A stretch of DNA of 39,860 nucleotides from Planctomycetota bacterium (GTDB taxonomy: Bacteria; Planctomycetota; SZUA-567; H5-PLA8): positions 1 through 39,860 of the forward strand of contig JBBRPR010000074.1 in assembly GCA_038227875.1 (NCBI GenBank), read 5' to 3'. A program made the translations under genes and the position numbers. Of the stretch, positions 17,151 to 27,386 are shown piece by piece (position 1 is the first letter of the stretch; each line of letters begins with the position of its first letter). The notes below the pieces were generated by a model. That model had not been told where the DNA came from, did not search any database, and saw only the letters and a program-made list of their open reading frames with translations.

Positions 17151-18892
17151 CCCGAAGTGATGGACCCGTCTCTGTGCCCGTGAAAGGCGGATGCTCGCTG
17201 CTTTCCGATGCGGCGATCGCCGCCGGCATCAACTTGGATCTGCGTTGCGGCGGCAATGGCGTCTGCAAACGCTGTGAGGTGGTGTGGGAGAATAAGTGCG
17301 TTCTCGCGTGCCAGGTGGGATCCGAACGCGATGGGATCATGCAGATTCCGCAGACGTCACTCGTCTCTGAAGAGTTCGCCGTCGAATCCGCGTTCACTCC
17401 ACCAGTCCCTCGTCCGGCGCTGCCGCGCTGCCATCGCTTAACAGCGCAGGTGTCCGCGGCGCGGGTACTTCCCGGGATTTCCGACTGGGACAGATTGTGC
17501 CGTATTCTATTTAAGCCCGGCGCAGCGCCGTCAATACCGGCTCATTTGCTACGCTACTTGCCACCGATCATCGAAAACGACAATCCGGTTCGCCTGACAA
17601 TTCTGGACAACGAAGTCATTTTAATCGAGGACGCCACACACGCGGAGCGTCCGGTGCTCGGAGTTGCCGTGGATGTCGGAACCACGACGGTGGTAGCAAG
17701 ACTAATCGACATGAGTAATGGCGAACAACTGGCCATTGCCGGCACCCAGAACCGCCAGGTAAGTCTGGGAGCCAACGTCATCAGCCGCATTGACCTTGGT
17801 TCCACGTCGCGGGGTCTTGCCTTGCTGACCCGGATGATCAACGAGAAGACCATTCTTCCTCTGGTTGAGAAATGCCGCCTTCAGGCCAAGTGCGCGTCAG
17901 ATCCGATCTATCGCCTCGTGGCGGGTGGAAATACGGCGATGACCCATTTAATGCTGGGTCTGCCACCCAATGGTCTGGGCTCGATGCCATTCAATGCGGT
18001 GACGCTGGTGCCAGATCCCATTCCCGGGTCCGCCATCCATCTGCCCGTCGATCGCGTCGAATGCCTGCCGTGTGCTGGCGCGTATGTCGGTGGCGATATT
18101 GTAGGCGGAGTGTATGCGCTCGGCATGGACCGACCCGGCCCACCAGCGCTACTCATCGACATCGGCACCAATAGTGAAATGGTGTTGCGCGTCGGCACTA
18201 CGCTACTGGCCGCATCCGCGCCGGCGGGCCCCGCGTTCGAAGGCGGTGGACTTACCAGCGGTGGCCCCGCATCACCTGGCGCCATCACGCACTTGCGCCT
18301 GGAGGACAGTGGATTCGTACTTGAGACCTACAAGAACGCGCCTCCGACTCACATTTGTGGCAGCGCATACATTGATTTCCTGGCAGAAGGCATTCGGCAC
18401 GGATTCCTGACCAGCCACGGCCGATTCGTGGCCACACGTTTGAACGAGCACGATATCCCGTTGGTCGCCACGCAAAAGGGCTCCCACATTTCACACTGTG
18501 TTAAATTGGCCAATGACGTCTCTATCGACGAACACGACATCAGTCTGTTACTCCAGGCTAAAGCCGCAGTGCTTTCCGGAGCGCTGATACTCTTGCGCGC
18601 GGGCGGAATTTCGGCGCACGAACTCAAGTCGCTACACGTGGCCGGCGGCTTTGGCCGCCACTTGAACGCCACAAATGCCACACGCGCCGGACTATTTCCT
18701 GATGTTCCGTCGTTAGGTGTCATTAATGTCGTCGGGAATACGTCGCTATCGGCGTGCTCCAGCGCGCTGCTCAATGGACAGGCGACTGACGACATGCGCC
18801 TGATTCCGGATCGGATGCAGATCATCGAATTAAATCTTCAGCCGGATTTTGAAGAGCAGTACATCAATGCTCTGATCCTGGGTACTCCATAA
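17144..18892 (+). CDS. ASKHA-domain ATP-dependent corrinoid reductive activator (RACo/RamA-like, DUF4445) with N-terminal 2Fe-2S domain
   Basis: CGGNGVCKRC...LACQ, AVDVGTTT, GANVISRI, GNTAM, YVGGDIVGG, IDIGTNSE, AGPAFEG, ICGS, AGGFG, VGNTSL. Confidence 0.95.
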   Translation: MLTRSDGPVSVPVKGGCSLLSDAAIAAGINLDLRCGGNGVCKRCEVVWENKCVLACQVGSERDGIMQIPQTSLVSEEFAVESAFTPPVPRPALPRCHRLTAQVSAARVLPGISDWDRLCRILFKPGAAPSIPAHLLRYLPPIIENDNPVRLTILDNEVILIEDATHAERPVLGVAVDVGTTTVVARLIDMSNGEQLAIAGTQNRQVSLGANVISRIDLGSTSRGLALLTRMINEKTILPLVEKCRLQAKCASDPIYRLVAGGNTAMTHLMLGLPPNGLGSMPFNAVTLVPDPIPGSAIHLPVDRVECLPCAGAYVGGDIVGGVYALGMDRPGPPALLIDIGTNSEMVLRVGTTLLAASAPAGPAFEGGGLTSGGPASPGAITHLRLEDSGFVLETYKNAPPTHICGSAYIDFLAEGIRHGFLTSHGRFVATRLNEHDIPLVATQKGSHISHCVKLANDVSIDEHDISLLLQAKAAVLSGALILLRAGGISAHELKSLHVAGGFGRHLNATNATRAGLFPDVPSLGVINVVGNTSLSACSSALLNGQATDDMRLIPDRMQIIELNLQPDFEEQYINALILGTP

Positions 18893-19002
18893 ACCGGATA
18901 TTACTACCTTGACATCTATTTTGATCATGATAAATATTTAACGGACTCTCTCACGCTACTCACTGGCTGTCCGTTTGATTCAATCAGCGGGAAAGGTCAA
19001 TC

Positions 19003-20139
19003 ATGCGAAGTGCTCGCTTTGTTGTGATTGGTGCTGGGTTCGCCGGAGCAGCCACCGCTTTCTTCCTAACTCAACACGGCGCTGAGCACGTGACAATCCT
19101 GGAACGTGAGCGGATACCCGGGGTGCACGCCTCAGGCAGGAACGCGGCGATGGTGCGCCAGGTCGTCGATGATCCCGCGATCGCAACTATGGCCAGTGAG
19201 GGCCGTCGCTTTATTCACGATTGGTCCAGGCGGACTTCTGACTCTCATTTTCATCAAACCGGATCAATGTTACTGGGTGGTCCGGACCTCTCCGTACGAT
19301 TTGACCAGCACATACGGCGCGACTCCCCATTGCCGGAGGCGGAGTTGTTGACGCGGCGACATGCGGCCATGCAGGTGCATCTGCTCCGAAACGCCGATTT
19401 TGAATGTACAGTGTGGTGCAAGTCGGACGGGGTAGTCGATACTTCCGCTCTCTTGCAACACTATCTGGATGAGGCCTGCCAGGGCGGCGCCAAACTCATC
19501 TTGCACGCGCCGGTTTCACGTATCGAGATTATCGAGGGTGCGGTAAGGTCCGTTCGCGCAGGAAAGAACACAATTCCTTGCGATGTCTTGATCAATGCTT
19601 CCGGTGCATGGGCGACGCAAATCGGAGAACTCGCAGGCTCTTCCTGTATGCCGCTACCGAGCTACCGACGACATCTGCTCTGTTCGCATCCAATCAAAAA
19701 TATCAATAGCGACTGGCCTTTCGTGTGGGACATCAGGAATGGGATCTACTTTCGCCCTGAATCCAATGGTTTGCTGCTAAGTCCCTGCGATCACACCGAA
19801 CACGATCCGTGTCTGCCACGTCTCGACGAGGGCGCCATCGATCTGCTGGCCACTAAGCTTCAACGCCATGTTCCGGACCTCGCCTCAATTGGCATTGCAA
19901 ACGGCTGGGCCGGTCTCCGCACAATTGCGAGTGACAACAAATTCGTGATTGGCTGGGACAAGTCTGTGCAGGGCTTCTTTTGGGTTGCGGGACTCGGAGG
20001 GCACGGCGTAACTTGCAGCGCCGCCGTTGGCAAACTTGCTGCAGATTTACTGCTCGGCCAAAAATCGAATTCAAACGCGTTTGATCCCAGCCGCCTTTGT
20101 CCGGAAGTCGTTCAGCACGGCAAGTCGGACCTGTCCTGA
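19003..20139 (+). CDS. FAD-dependent oxidoreductase, DAO/sarcosine oxidase family
   Basis: VVIGAGFAG, HASGRNAA, INASGAWA, YFRPE, WAGLR, GLGGHG; TTGACA at 18909 upstream. Confidence 0.92.
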   Translation: MRSARFVVIGAGFAGAATAFFLTQHGAEHVTILERERIPGVHASGRNAAMVRQVVDDPAIATMASEGRRFIHDWSRRTSDSHFHQTGSMLLGGPDLSVRFDQHIRRDSPLPEAELLTRRHAAMQVHLLRNADFECTVWCKSDGVVDTSALLQHYLDEACQGGAKLILHAPVSRIEIIEGAVRSVRAGKNTIPCDVLINASGAWATQIGELAGSSCMPLPSYRRHLLCSHPIKNINSDWPFVWDIRNGIYFRPESNGLLLSPCDHTEHDPCLPRLDEGAIDLLATKLQRHVPDLASIGIANGWAGLRTIASDNKFVIGWDKSVQGFFWVAGLGGHGVTCSAAVGKLAADLLLGQKSNSNAFDPSRLCPEVVQHGKSDLS

Positions 20140-20633
20140 AACACGGGTACACGATTGCCTTCATGCAACAGGCGTCGTAAGCAGTCAGGAGTTTTTACGC
20201 CGACGCTTGGAAGTAGGTCGAATAAACCCACAGTCTATTTCTGCAAACGGGTTCATTGGAACATAGTTGGCACACGCGTTTTTGGGCTTTAAATTGCCGC
20301 ACTTTGAGGACCAACAACAGCGACAACCCGCATCCATTAAAAACCAGTGGCAATACTCGCAATTCCTGGGCACCACGTCGCTCTGAACAAATATGTTTGG
20401 CGTCTTTGATTTATTCACCACCACCACCACCACAGAATAGTATAATAACGATAATCATATGTCAATATCGAATACTTGCATCAGATCAAAGTCCGAATAC
20501 CGAACAACATTGTCCTAATCTAACTCTTGTTCATCGTGCTCTTGAGCGGTACGAAACAGAGCGGACTAGATTTGGTTGGGCCTGTTCCAATTTCTCAGCA
20601 CATTTGAGCCACGAGCACGATGAGGATCCATCT

Positions 20634-21650
20634 ATGTTGACTACGCATCAAGTTGCCGTCAATACCAAGAAAACGTCACAGGCACGAACTCCGCGAGAGC
20701 GGTTTATCGCAGCGCTGGAACGACGCCCGGTTCAAGGCCGGGTACCTACTTTTGAGCTCGTCTTCTATTTAACAATGGAGGCCTTCGGAAAGGTCCACCC
20801 CTCCCAACGAAATTATTCTCAATGGAAGCAGATGAGCGAATCGGAACGGTGCCTCCATCGCTCCGAGATGGCGGATATTTACATCGCCACCGCTGAACGC
20901 TACGAACACGACGCGATCTTCCTTCATCCCAATCCAGCGAACGAAGATGAGGTGTTTCACCTCATTGATCTGGTGCGTCAGCGCACGAATAATCGCTATT
21001 TTCTAATGCTCCATGGAGACGCAACCGACGGTATTCCCAACGGCGAACACATGACAGACTATTCGTGCAAGCTCTTTGAAGAGCCACAATCGCTGAAAGA
21101 CGCGGCCAGAGCCAGAGTAGACAGCGCAGTGGCCAGAGCGGAACGCATGAAAGCTCACGGAGGCTTGGATGGCTATGCTCTTTGCAGCGACTACTGCACA
21201 AACGTTGGTCCGTTTCTCCGGCCAAGTATGTTTGAAGAGTTTGTTGCGCCCTACCTGAAAGATCTCATTGCCCGCTATCGAAAGCTTGGCTTTTATACGA
21301 TCAAGCACACCGATGGAAATATTATGCCGATTTTGACGTCCCTCCTGGATGCCAATCCCCACGCGCTGCATTCTCTGGATCCGCAGGGCGGAGTCGACAT
21401 GGCGGAGATGGTGCGCTTGGCCGGAGAAAAGGTGTGTCTAATTGGAAACGTAAACTGCGGAATGCTGGACACTGGCACCGAACAGGAGTGTATCGAATCG
21501 GCTCGTTATGCCCTGCTTCATGGCATGACGGCGCCAGGTTACATATTTTCGACCAGCAACTGTGTCTACACCGGAATGCAACTTAACCGTTACGAATTGA
21601 TACTCGATACGTGGAGGAAGTATGGAAATTACGGAACGGGTAACGATTAA
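20634..21650 (+). CDS. UroD/MtaA-family protein, paralog 3
   Basis: TPRERF...GRVP, CSDY, GPFLRP, KHTDG, HSLDP, IGNV, GYIFSTSN; GAGG RBS before ATG 20634. Confidence 0.9.
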   Translation: MLTTHQVAVNTKKTSQARTPRERFIAALERRPVQGRVPTFELVFYLTMEAFGKVHPSQRNYSQWKQMSESERCLHRSEMADIYIATAERYEHDAIFLHPNPANEDEVFHLIDLVRQRTNNRYFLMLHGDATDGIPNGEHMTDYSCKLFEEPQSLKDAARARVDSAVARAERMKAHGGLDGYALCSDYCTNVGPFLRPSMFEEFVAPYLKDLIARYRKLGFYTIKHTDGNIMPILTSLLDANPHALHSLDPQGGVDMAEMVRLAGEKVCLIGNVNCGMLDTGTEQECIESARYALLHGMTAPGYIFSTSNCVYTGMQLNRYELILDTWRKYGNYGTGND

Positions 21651-21704
21651 CCAGGCGCGCCTGCTACGCCCCAAGCGTCCATAGTCGGTAAGTGAGAAGC
21701 GTCT

Positions 21705-21739
21705 CTGCAGCAATGCAAATTTGATCTGCATTGCCGCAG
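21705..21739. terminator. Hairpin between convergent genes
   Basis: CTGCAGCAATGCA-N9-TGCATTGCCGCAG, a 13-bp inverted repeat with one mismatch. Confidence 0.45.
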
Positions 21740-21804
21740 GGACGCGAGCCATCAATGAACGCGACAGAGCCTATGCCGGGATGGAAGTAACGTCACACGA
21801 GATA

Positions 21805-22098
21805 TTAATTTACTTTCTTTAGCACCTCGGAAAATTCCTTTCCATCGAACGCGCGAAGCGTTTGAGTCTTAACACTTCCCTTGGCTCCCAAGGCTAGCAC
21901 CAATGCCGTGGCAGTCTCGTCGTCGGGCGCATCGAAGATAGCGACGCCATCGTACCCTCCCAGCGTCCAATAAATCTCCTTTACCGTTCCACCGTTTGCT
22001 CGGACTTCCTTCCCGAACGCCGCCGATCGCGATGGAGACTTCCGGATGTTCTGAACGCCTTTTTCGGTCAACGAAATGAGGACAATGTATGTAGCCAT
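21805..22098 (-). CDS. GYD-domain protein
   Basis: MATYIVLISLTEKG...YWTLGGYDGVAIFDAPD...GSVKTQTLRAF; GGAG RBS. Confidence 0.92.
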   Translation of the reverse strand: MATYIVLISLTEKGVQNIRKSPSRSAAFGKEVRANGGTVKEIYWTLGGYDGVAIFDAPDDETATALVLALGAKGSVKTQTLRAFDGKEFSEVLKKVN

Positions 22099-22351
22099 TG
22101 AGTTCTCCATGTGAGTGAACACTGCAGCACGCTCGCAAGAGAGCAAACGGATTGCCACTTCTTACAGAGCAACAGACTCTCAAAATTTCCAATCTGCAGG
22201 AATGCAATGGCCAGGATGAGAATTTTGATCGTGGTCAAGCACGATGGGCCAATACGACAAACTCAGCGCCATTAATGTAAAAGCCGATATCCTGAGTTGA
22301 TTATCTAGTAGGAGTTAATATACTTCACAAAAGTGGCAGGGGATCGAGCTT

Positions 22352-23362
22352 ATGACTGGGCGCGAACGAATCCTGGCAATGACTGACGGCAAGCCCGTCG
22401 ACCACCTGCCCTTTATGCCCATTACGATGATGTTCGCTGCAGAACAGGCGAACGTCAGATATTTGAATTACGCAACCGAATTTCAAGTCTTGGTCGAGAG
22501 CCAACTGCGCGTCGCCGAGAAGTTTAACATCGACTATGTCAACACAATGTCAGACCCGGCGGGAGAAGCAGCCGACTGCGGTGCTGCGGTAACGTTTTAT
22601 CCTGATCAACCGCCGGCTTTGGACGAAGCCAATGCCCTTCTGACAGACAAGAATCGGCTAACCACGCTGCGCGTGCCAAACCCCTGGGAGGGCAGGCGCA
22701 TGCACAACCGCTTAAAGGCAATTGCTCTATACAAACAACGCCTCGGGAACGAGAAACTCATTGAAGGCTGGGTTGAAGGACCATGTGCCCAGGCTGCGGA
22801 TCTTCGCGGGATCAACGCATTGATGCTGGATTTCTACGATGATCCGGCATTCGTCAAGGATCTATTCGATTTTATTCTGGACCTTGAAGTCCGGTTTGCC
22901 CGGGCGCAGGTGGACGCAGGCGCCGATATGATCGGTATAGGCGATGCCGCTGCTTCGCTCATCGGGCCCAGGCTCTATGAAGAATTTGTCTGGCCTTACG
23001 AAAAGAAGATGGTGGAAAGCATCACGGCCATGGGAGCACGCGCAAGGCTTCACATTTGCGGAAATACGCGGCAACTGCTTGGCCGCATGGGCGACCTCGA
23101 CTGTCACGTGATCGATCTGGATTTTCTTTCGCCCGTTTCTGAAGCACGACAAAAAGTGGGTTCCAGCACAGTGTTGTTGGGCAATATCGATCCTGTACGC
23201 GAGCTGCGGGATAGCAGCGCCGCGGATGTGCATACTGCGATTGAGCGCTGCCATCGCGCGGCTGGTGATCGCTATATAGTGAGCGCTGGCTGCGAAGTAC
23301 CTCGCGATACACCGACTGAAAACGTCCACATCATGGCACGTTACGCGCGCGAACACTCATAG
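22352..23362 (+). CDS. MtaA/CmuA-family methylcobalamin methyltransferase, paralog 4, canonical Zn ligands
   Basis: EAADCG, EGP, LRG, GDAAAS, LHICG (HxC), GNIDP, SAGCE. Confidence 0.93.
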   Translation: MTGRERILAMTDGKPVDHLPFMPITMMFAAEQANVRYLNYATEFQVLVESQLRVAEKFNIDYVNTMSDPAGEAADCGAAVTFYPDQPPALDEANALLTDKNRLTTLRVPNPWEGRRMHNRLKAIALYKQRLGNEKLIEGWVEGPCAQAADLRGINALMLDFYDDPAFVKDLFDFILDLEVRFARAQVDAGADMIGIGDAAASLIGPRLYEEFVWPYEKKMVESITAMGARARLHICGNTRQLLGRMGDLDCHVIDLDFLSPVSEARQKVGSSTVLLGNIDPVRELRDSSAADVHTAIERCHRAAGDRYIVSAGCEVPRDTPTENVHIMARYAREHS

Positions 23363-23394
23363 AAGCAATCGCGTGTAGCACACCGGCACTTCAT

Positions 23395-25248
23395 TTACTC
23401 GGTAGACTTCATTAAATGTTCGATGGGTCCAAAGCTATCATATACGGCACGCACGAATTCGGCATAACGAGCCTTCGCGGAATCGTGGGATTCCAATTTA
23501 AATTTTCGAATGCGGCGCCGAACATCCCTCAAGACGCCAGACTTTCTCTCGTAAGCCTGTTCCAGTTGTTGGCGGCTTTCCCGATAGGAATTCTGCACGC
23601 TCTTACAGTAGTCATCGAACTGGCGCAGGGCCTGGTCGCAATACGTGGTCAGTTCGTGGGATTCGATGGCCCACCGTGTGATGTGTGCCAAATGCACGCC
23701 TTTGACTCCGAGCGTAACTGCCTCCGCAAAGGTGAACGGATTCTTAAGCAGTCGCTTTGTCAGAAATTTGAAATAATTCCAGCCGTAGCGGCTCGGGAGC
23801 ATGCGAATCAAGGATCGCAAGAAGATGAGTTCACCTCCTTTGATCCGGTGCCTCCTGACGAGTTTAGGAGCAATGCGATCCAGCAGTCCGTCGCAGCGCT
23901 CAAAGTATCGCGAGAGATTACTGCCATACAATGCGACCAGCAATTGCTTGTAAGTGGCGATAATCTCTGCCGCTGGACGCTTCGGCTCAAAGTTCATTTC
24001 GAAGCCGTGCGTATTATTCCCGGATGACTTACTAAGCATCCTGCCTTCCAACAGCAATCGATTCTCAAGTTCAGTTTCCGGCAGAGCCGTCAAAAGTCCG
24101 GCCATCGCGATTGGGATTTTGGCCTGTTGAATGAAATCACTCATGACCTGATCAACATTTTCTGGCTCATTGTCGAATCCAACAATCAATCCCGTGCTCA
24201 CCTCGATGCCAGACCGCTGGATTTTCTCGATTTGCTTCAACAGCTTTGCGGCAGTCTGGTGATTTTTTCGATCTGTATTCAAGCCTTTGTTGGATGCAAG
24301 AAACGACTTTTCATCGGGCGTTTCAATCCCCACGAAAACCATGTCGAAACCGGCTTCGTTCATCAGGGCCAGGAGTTCGTCATCGTCGGCGAGAGTGATT
24401 GTTGCTTCAGTAAAAAAGGAGAATGGATATTCGGCATTTCGCTGCCACTCTACAAGCGCCGGCAATAGATCCTTTTTCACTACATTTTTATTGCCAATGA
24501 AGTTGTCGTCGACGATGAAGACGGATCCTCTGTAGCCGAGGTTGCGGATCGCATCGAGTTCCGCAAGAAGTCTGCGCGCCGCCTTTGTTCGCGGCATGCG
24601 CCCGTATTGTTTCCAGATGTCGCAGAAATCACAGGCGACCGGACAACCGCGGCTAAACTGAACCGCCATGGACGCATATTGCGCATGCTCGATGAGATCG
24701 AATCGCGGCATGGGTAGATTCTGTAACGACGGGCGTTGGCCAACAATCAATTCGCAGTCGCCGTTGAAGTGCTGGCGAATTCGTGTGGCCTTTGCGTCAT
24801 CTGCCACATGTCCATACGCCTTCCTGGCATTGCCGGCCTGAAAATCTGCGAGGAACGTCGCAAGCCCCTGTTCCGCCTCACCAATGAAGTAGTGATTTGC
24901 GTCGAAGACATCCGCGTAACCAGTATTGACCAACGGTCCACCGACCATGATCGGCTTGCCCAACTTGTTGCAGCGAACAATCAAATCCCGCAAAGAATCC
25001 TTTTGAATAATCATCGCCGAAGCCATGATCAGATCGGCCTTGGCGAGTTCTTCGTCACGGACAGGGCGGATGTTCTCATCATAGAGCCTTACTTGAATAT
25101 GAGCAGGAAGCATTCCGGCAATGGAGAGAAGTCCGTATGGCGGCATGTTCGAGCGCTTCTTAATGATCTTCAGCGCTTCCTTGAAACTCCAGTAGGCTGG
25201 AGTGCGATACTCCGGGTAAACCAGGGCAACGCGGATTAGGTCAGGCAT
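23395..25248 (-). CDS. Cobalamin-binding radical SAM protein (class B; DUF4070-type C-terminus)
   Basis: N-terminal B12-binding domain (PPYGLL, SAMIIQ, VGGP, GEAE), SRGCPVACDFC (CxxxCxxC), VDDNFIG, FVGIET, IVGFD; GGAGG RBS. Confidence 0.93.
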   Translation of the reverse strand: MPDLIRVALVYPEYRTPAYWSFKEALKIIKKRSNMPPYGLLSIAGMLPAHIQVRLYDENIRPVRDEELAKADLIMASAMIIQKDSLRDLIVRCNKLGKPIMVGGPLVNTGYADVFDANHYFIGEAEQGLATFLADFQAGNARKAYGHVADDAKATRIRQHFNGDCELIVGQRPSLQNLPMPRFDLIEHAQYASMAVQFSRGCPVACDFCDIWKQYGRMPRTKAARRLLAELDAIRNLGYRGSVFIVDDNFIGNKNVVKKDLLPALVEWQRNAEYPFSFFTEATITLADDDELLALMNEAGFDMVFVGIETPDEKSFLASNKGLNTDRKNHQTAAKLLKQIEKIQRSGIEVSTGLIVGFDNEPENVDQVMSDFIQQAKIPIAMAGLLTALPETELENRLLLEGRMLSKSSGNNTHGFEMNFEPKRPAAEIIATYKQLLVALYGSNLSRYFERCDGLLDRIAPKLVRRHRIKGGELIFLRSLIRMLPSRYGWNYFKFLTKRLLKNPFTFAEAVTLGVKGVHLAHITRWAIESHELTTYCDQALRQFDDYCKSVQNSYRESRQQLEQAYERKSGVLRDVRRRIRKFKLESHDSAKARYAEFVRAVYDSFGPIEHLMKSTE

Positions 25249-25365
25249 AATACCTCCGGTCTATCTCTATCCCGCTGGATTTAAAGGCCGTCATTAGTGG
25301 GTTAACTTCAACCGAAGCCTAAATCGGATAAGCGGATAGTCAACTATGCTATAACAAGAGATACT

Positions 25366-26106
25366 CTATTCAGCGCTGATAATGGACTGCTCGTACGACG
25401 GCTTGATGGTCTGCCCCGGCATCACGATGAGAAATTCTGATTCGTTCCAGGTCCCGTTCAGTAGCTTTCTGATCAGTGCGCGGTTGCCCTCAACTTTATC
25501 CAGGCGCCAGCCATTCTTGTCGGCTTCTGGGCGAATTCTTAGAATCAACTCATCGTTGGGTCCCAGGCCGGTATCAATATAAGCCATACGCGTATATGTT
25601 TGTTTATGGCCGTCCAAGTTCCCCATGGTCTCGGCAAGGAATTTCGCATTCTCTTCACCGTACTTCGCGACCATTTCCTGATATGACTTTGTGAACCCAA
25701 GCCGGTTATAGACGCTGTCGCTTTCTCCGATCGACCGGTGTTCAACCCAACCGGATGAGTAGTAATATGTCCCGGGCTCTTTGCTGAACTCAGAATCATA
25801 TTTTTCCTTTGAGCCCAGCAACAGCGTAATGCAGTCATGCGCCCTGGGAACCACGATGGGAATATCTCGCGCCGTCAGTCCGACGATTCCGTTGTTGCAA
25901 AGTCCATAGCCAAACAGAACGGCGCTATACTTCCCCTTCTCGACGGTATCCACGAGATTCTGAAGTTCACCCATCATCTTTTGGCAGCCGGCGTGATGGA
26001 GTCCGAATCGGTTGAAACTCAGGTCAATGGTGTGCGAAGATTGAGCCGCCTCGAAGCAGATTTCCCGAAACAGCACTTCACAGGCGAAAAGGCGATACGC
26101 TGACAT
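25366..26106 (-). CDS. DUF1638-domain protein (associated with corrinoid methyltransferase clusters)
   Basis: FACEV, GLH, GYGLCNNG, HDCITLLLG, PGTYYYSSGW, YIDTG; AGGAGG RBS. Confidence 0.9.
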   Translation of the reverse strand: MSAYRLFACEVLFREICFEAAQSSHTIDLSFNRFGLHHAGCQKMMGELQNLVDTVEKGKYSAVLFGYGLCNNGIVGLTARDIPIVVPRAHDCITLLLGSKEKYDSEFSKEPGTYYYSSGWVEHRSIGESDSVYNRLGFTKSYQEMVAKYGEENAKFLAETMGNLDGHKQTYTRMAYIDTGLGPNDELILRIRPEADKNGWRLDKVEGNRALIRKLLNGTWNESEFLIVMPGQTIKPSYEQSIISAE

Positions 26107-26129
26107 CGGGTTACCTCCTCGCCAATTTA

Positions 26130-26143
26130 AGACAACTCTATCC
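26130..26143. promoter_or_regulatory. Palindromic operator candidate AGACA-actc-TATCC upstream of the DUF1638 gene
   Basis: Perfect match to RGAYA-N4-TRTCY, lying between a minus-strand TATGCT -10-like element and the RBS. Confidence 0.45.
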
Positions 26144-26219
26144 TCTCATCCGTTGTTAGCATACACGATAAAATCAAAAATGCCGCATCATTCGCGAGAA
26201 CACGTCAACGCGGCTGCTC

Positions 26220-27386
26220 TCATAGCTGATACCGGCCGCATTCGCGCGCAGCGCGATACATGGCTTCGATATTCTCAAGCGGAGTGCCGGGCGCAAGATT
26301 ATTGCCTTCACGCAGAACAAAGCGGCCTCCTTCCATGATCCCGGAATTGAGAATCTTGCATGCTCCCTCGAACACCTGCTGCGGCGTCGCACTGCGGATC
26401 ATTTCGACGTGAGGACCTCCGAGCACCTCGATTTCGGATCCCAGACATTTCCGCACACTCGCATGGTCAATCGGAAATCCGGTATCAAAGCTCGTGATTC
26501 CCAGCTCATCGCGAATCAAGGCAAAGTGACGAGAGGAATCTCCACAAAGATGAATACCGCCGCCCACTGCACTGCTTGCCAATTCCGAACGCAAGCGTTG
26601 GTGGCACGGCAGAACAAACTGGCGGTACATTTCAGAAGATATCAACTGTATGGAATCGTCGGCAAACCAAAAATTCTCCTGCTTCTCCGGCTGCCCCAGT
26701 AACCGGCGCCAGGCCTTGATTCGTTCCACTGTTGCCTCGGTGATAAATTCAAGCAACCGATGCGCGTAATCCGGGTCCTCGATCAGATCGGTGAAGAATT
26801 CCGTCGCGCCACGAATATTGGCGGCCACGGTCAGTGGTCCGTCGGTTCCTAGACCTCGCGGAATTACTTTCGCCACTTTTCGACCGCGCCAGACATACGT
26901 CTTCGCCTTTTCGCTGAAATATTCATAGTAGTTGCGAACCCTGCCCATCAGACCGGCGAAGGGATCGGGCAGTCCATGCTCGAAGATCTCTTTTTTGTTT
27001 TCATCGCGCTGCCAACGGGGATGCGTGTCCGGAACCTGCTCGTCAAAATAGGCAATCTCGCAACCAAACCACCCCGCCTCATAGAAATTCTGGAAATCGA
27101 CGTTAACAGTCCAGCCTTCTTCTTCAGACGGGAGCCCCATGGGCGCGTCCTGTAGAATGTGATGCCGAAGCCAATCCTGGCAGCGGACCTGCGTTTCGAA
27201 CATGACGTCCGGGTTCTCAGTATACGTTTGAAAATCGACGTCGGCGAACGGCGCGTTCTCCCCCAGCAGAAAGTAGCGGGTATTCGTGCCGATGATGAGA
27301 GGAACACGAACAGGCCGGCGATTGCGGTAGGCGTCCCAGACCTCGCGGACTTCTTCATTGTGGCGCTCGAAGTTGTTGTCAATCAT
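26220..27386 (-). CDS. UroD/MtaA-family protein, paralog 5
   Basis: PVRVP, EAGWFG, TDGPLTVAANIRG, ADDS, IHLCG, FDTG, GNNLAPGTPLEN; AGGAGG RBS before ATG 27386. Confidence 0.88.
   Translation of the reverse strand: MIDNNFERHNEEVREVWDAYRNRRPVRVPLIIGTNTRYFLLGENAPFADVDFQTYTENPDVMFETQVRCQDWLRHHILQDAPMGLPSEEEGWTVNVDFQNFYEAGWFGCEIAYFDEQVPDTHPRWQRDENKKEIFEHGLPDPFAGLMGRVRNYYEYFSEKAKTYVWRGRKVAKVIPRGLGTDGPLTVAANIRGATEFFTDLIEDPDYAHRLLEFITEATVERIKAWRRLLGQPEKQENFWFADDSIQLISSEMYRQFVLPCHQRLRSELASSAVGGGIHLCGDSSRHFALIRDELGITSFDTGFPIDHASVRKCLGSEIEVLGGPHVEMIRSATPQQVFEGACKILNSGIMEGGRFVLREGNNLAPGTPLENIEAMYRAARECGRYQL

Noticed and set aside
20256..20633. Extended N-terminus of the 464-aa ORF, including the (CCA)n poly-Pro run
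   Set aside because: Family similarity and an RBS begin at 20634; the upstream part carries promoter-like motifs.
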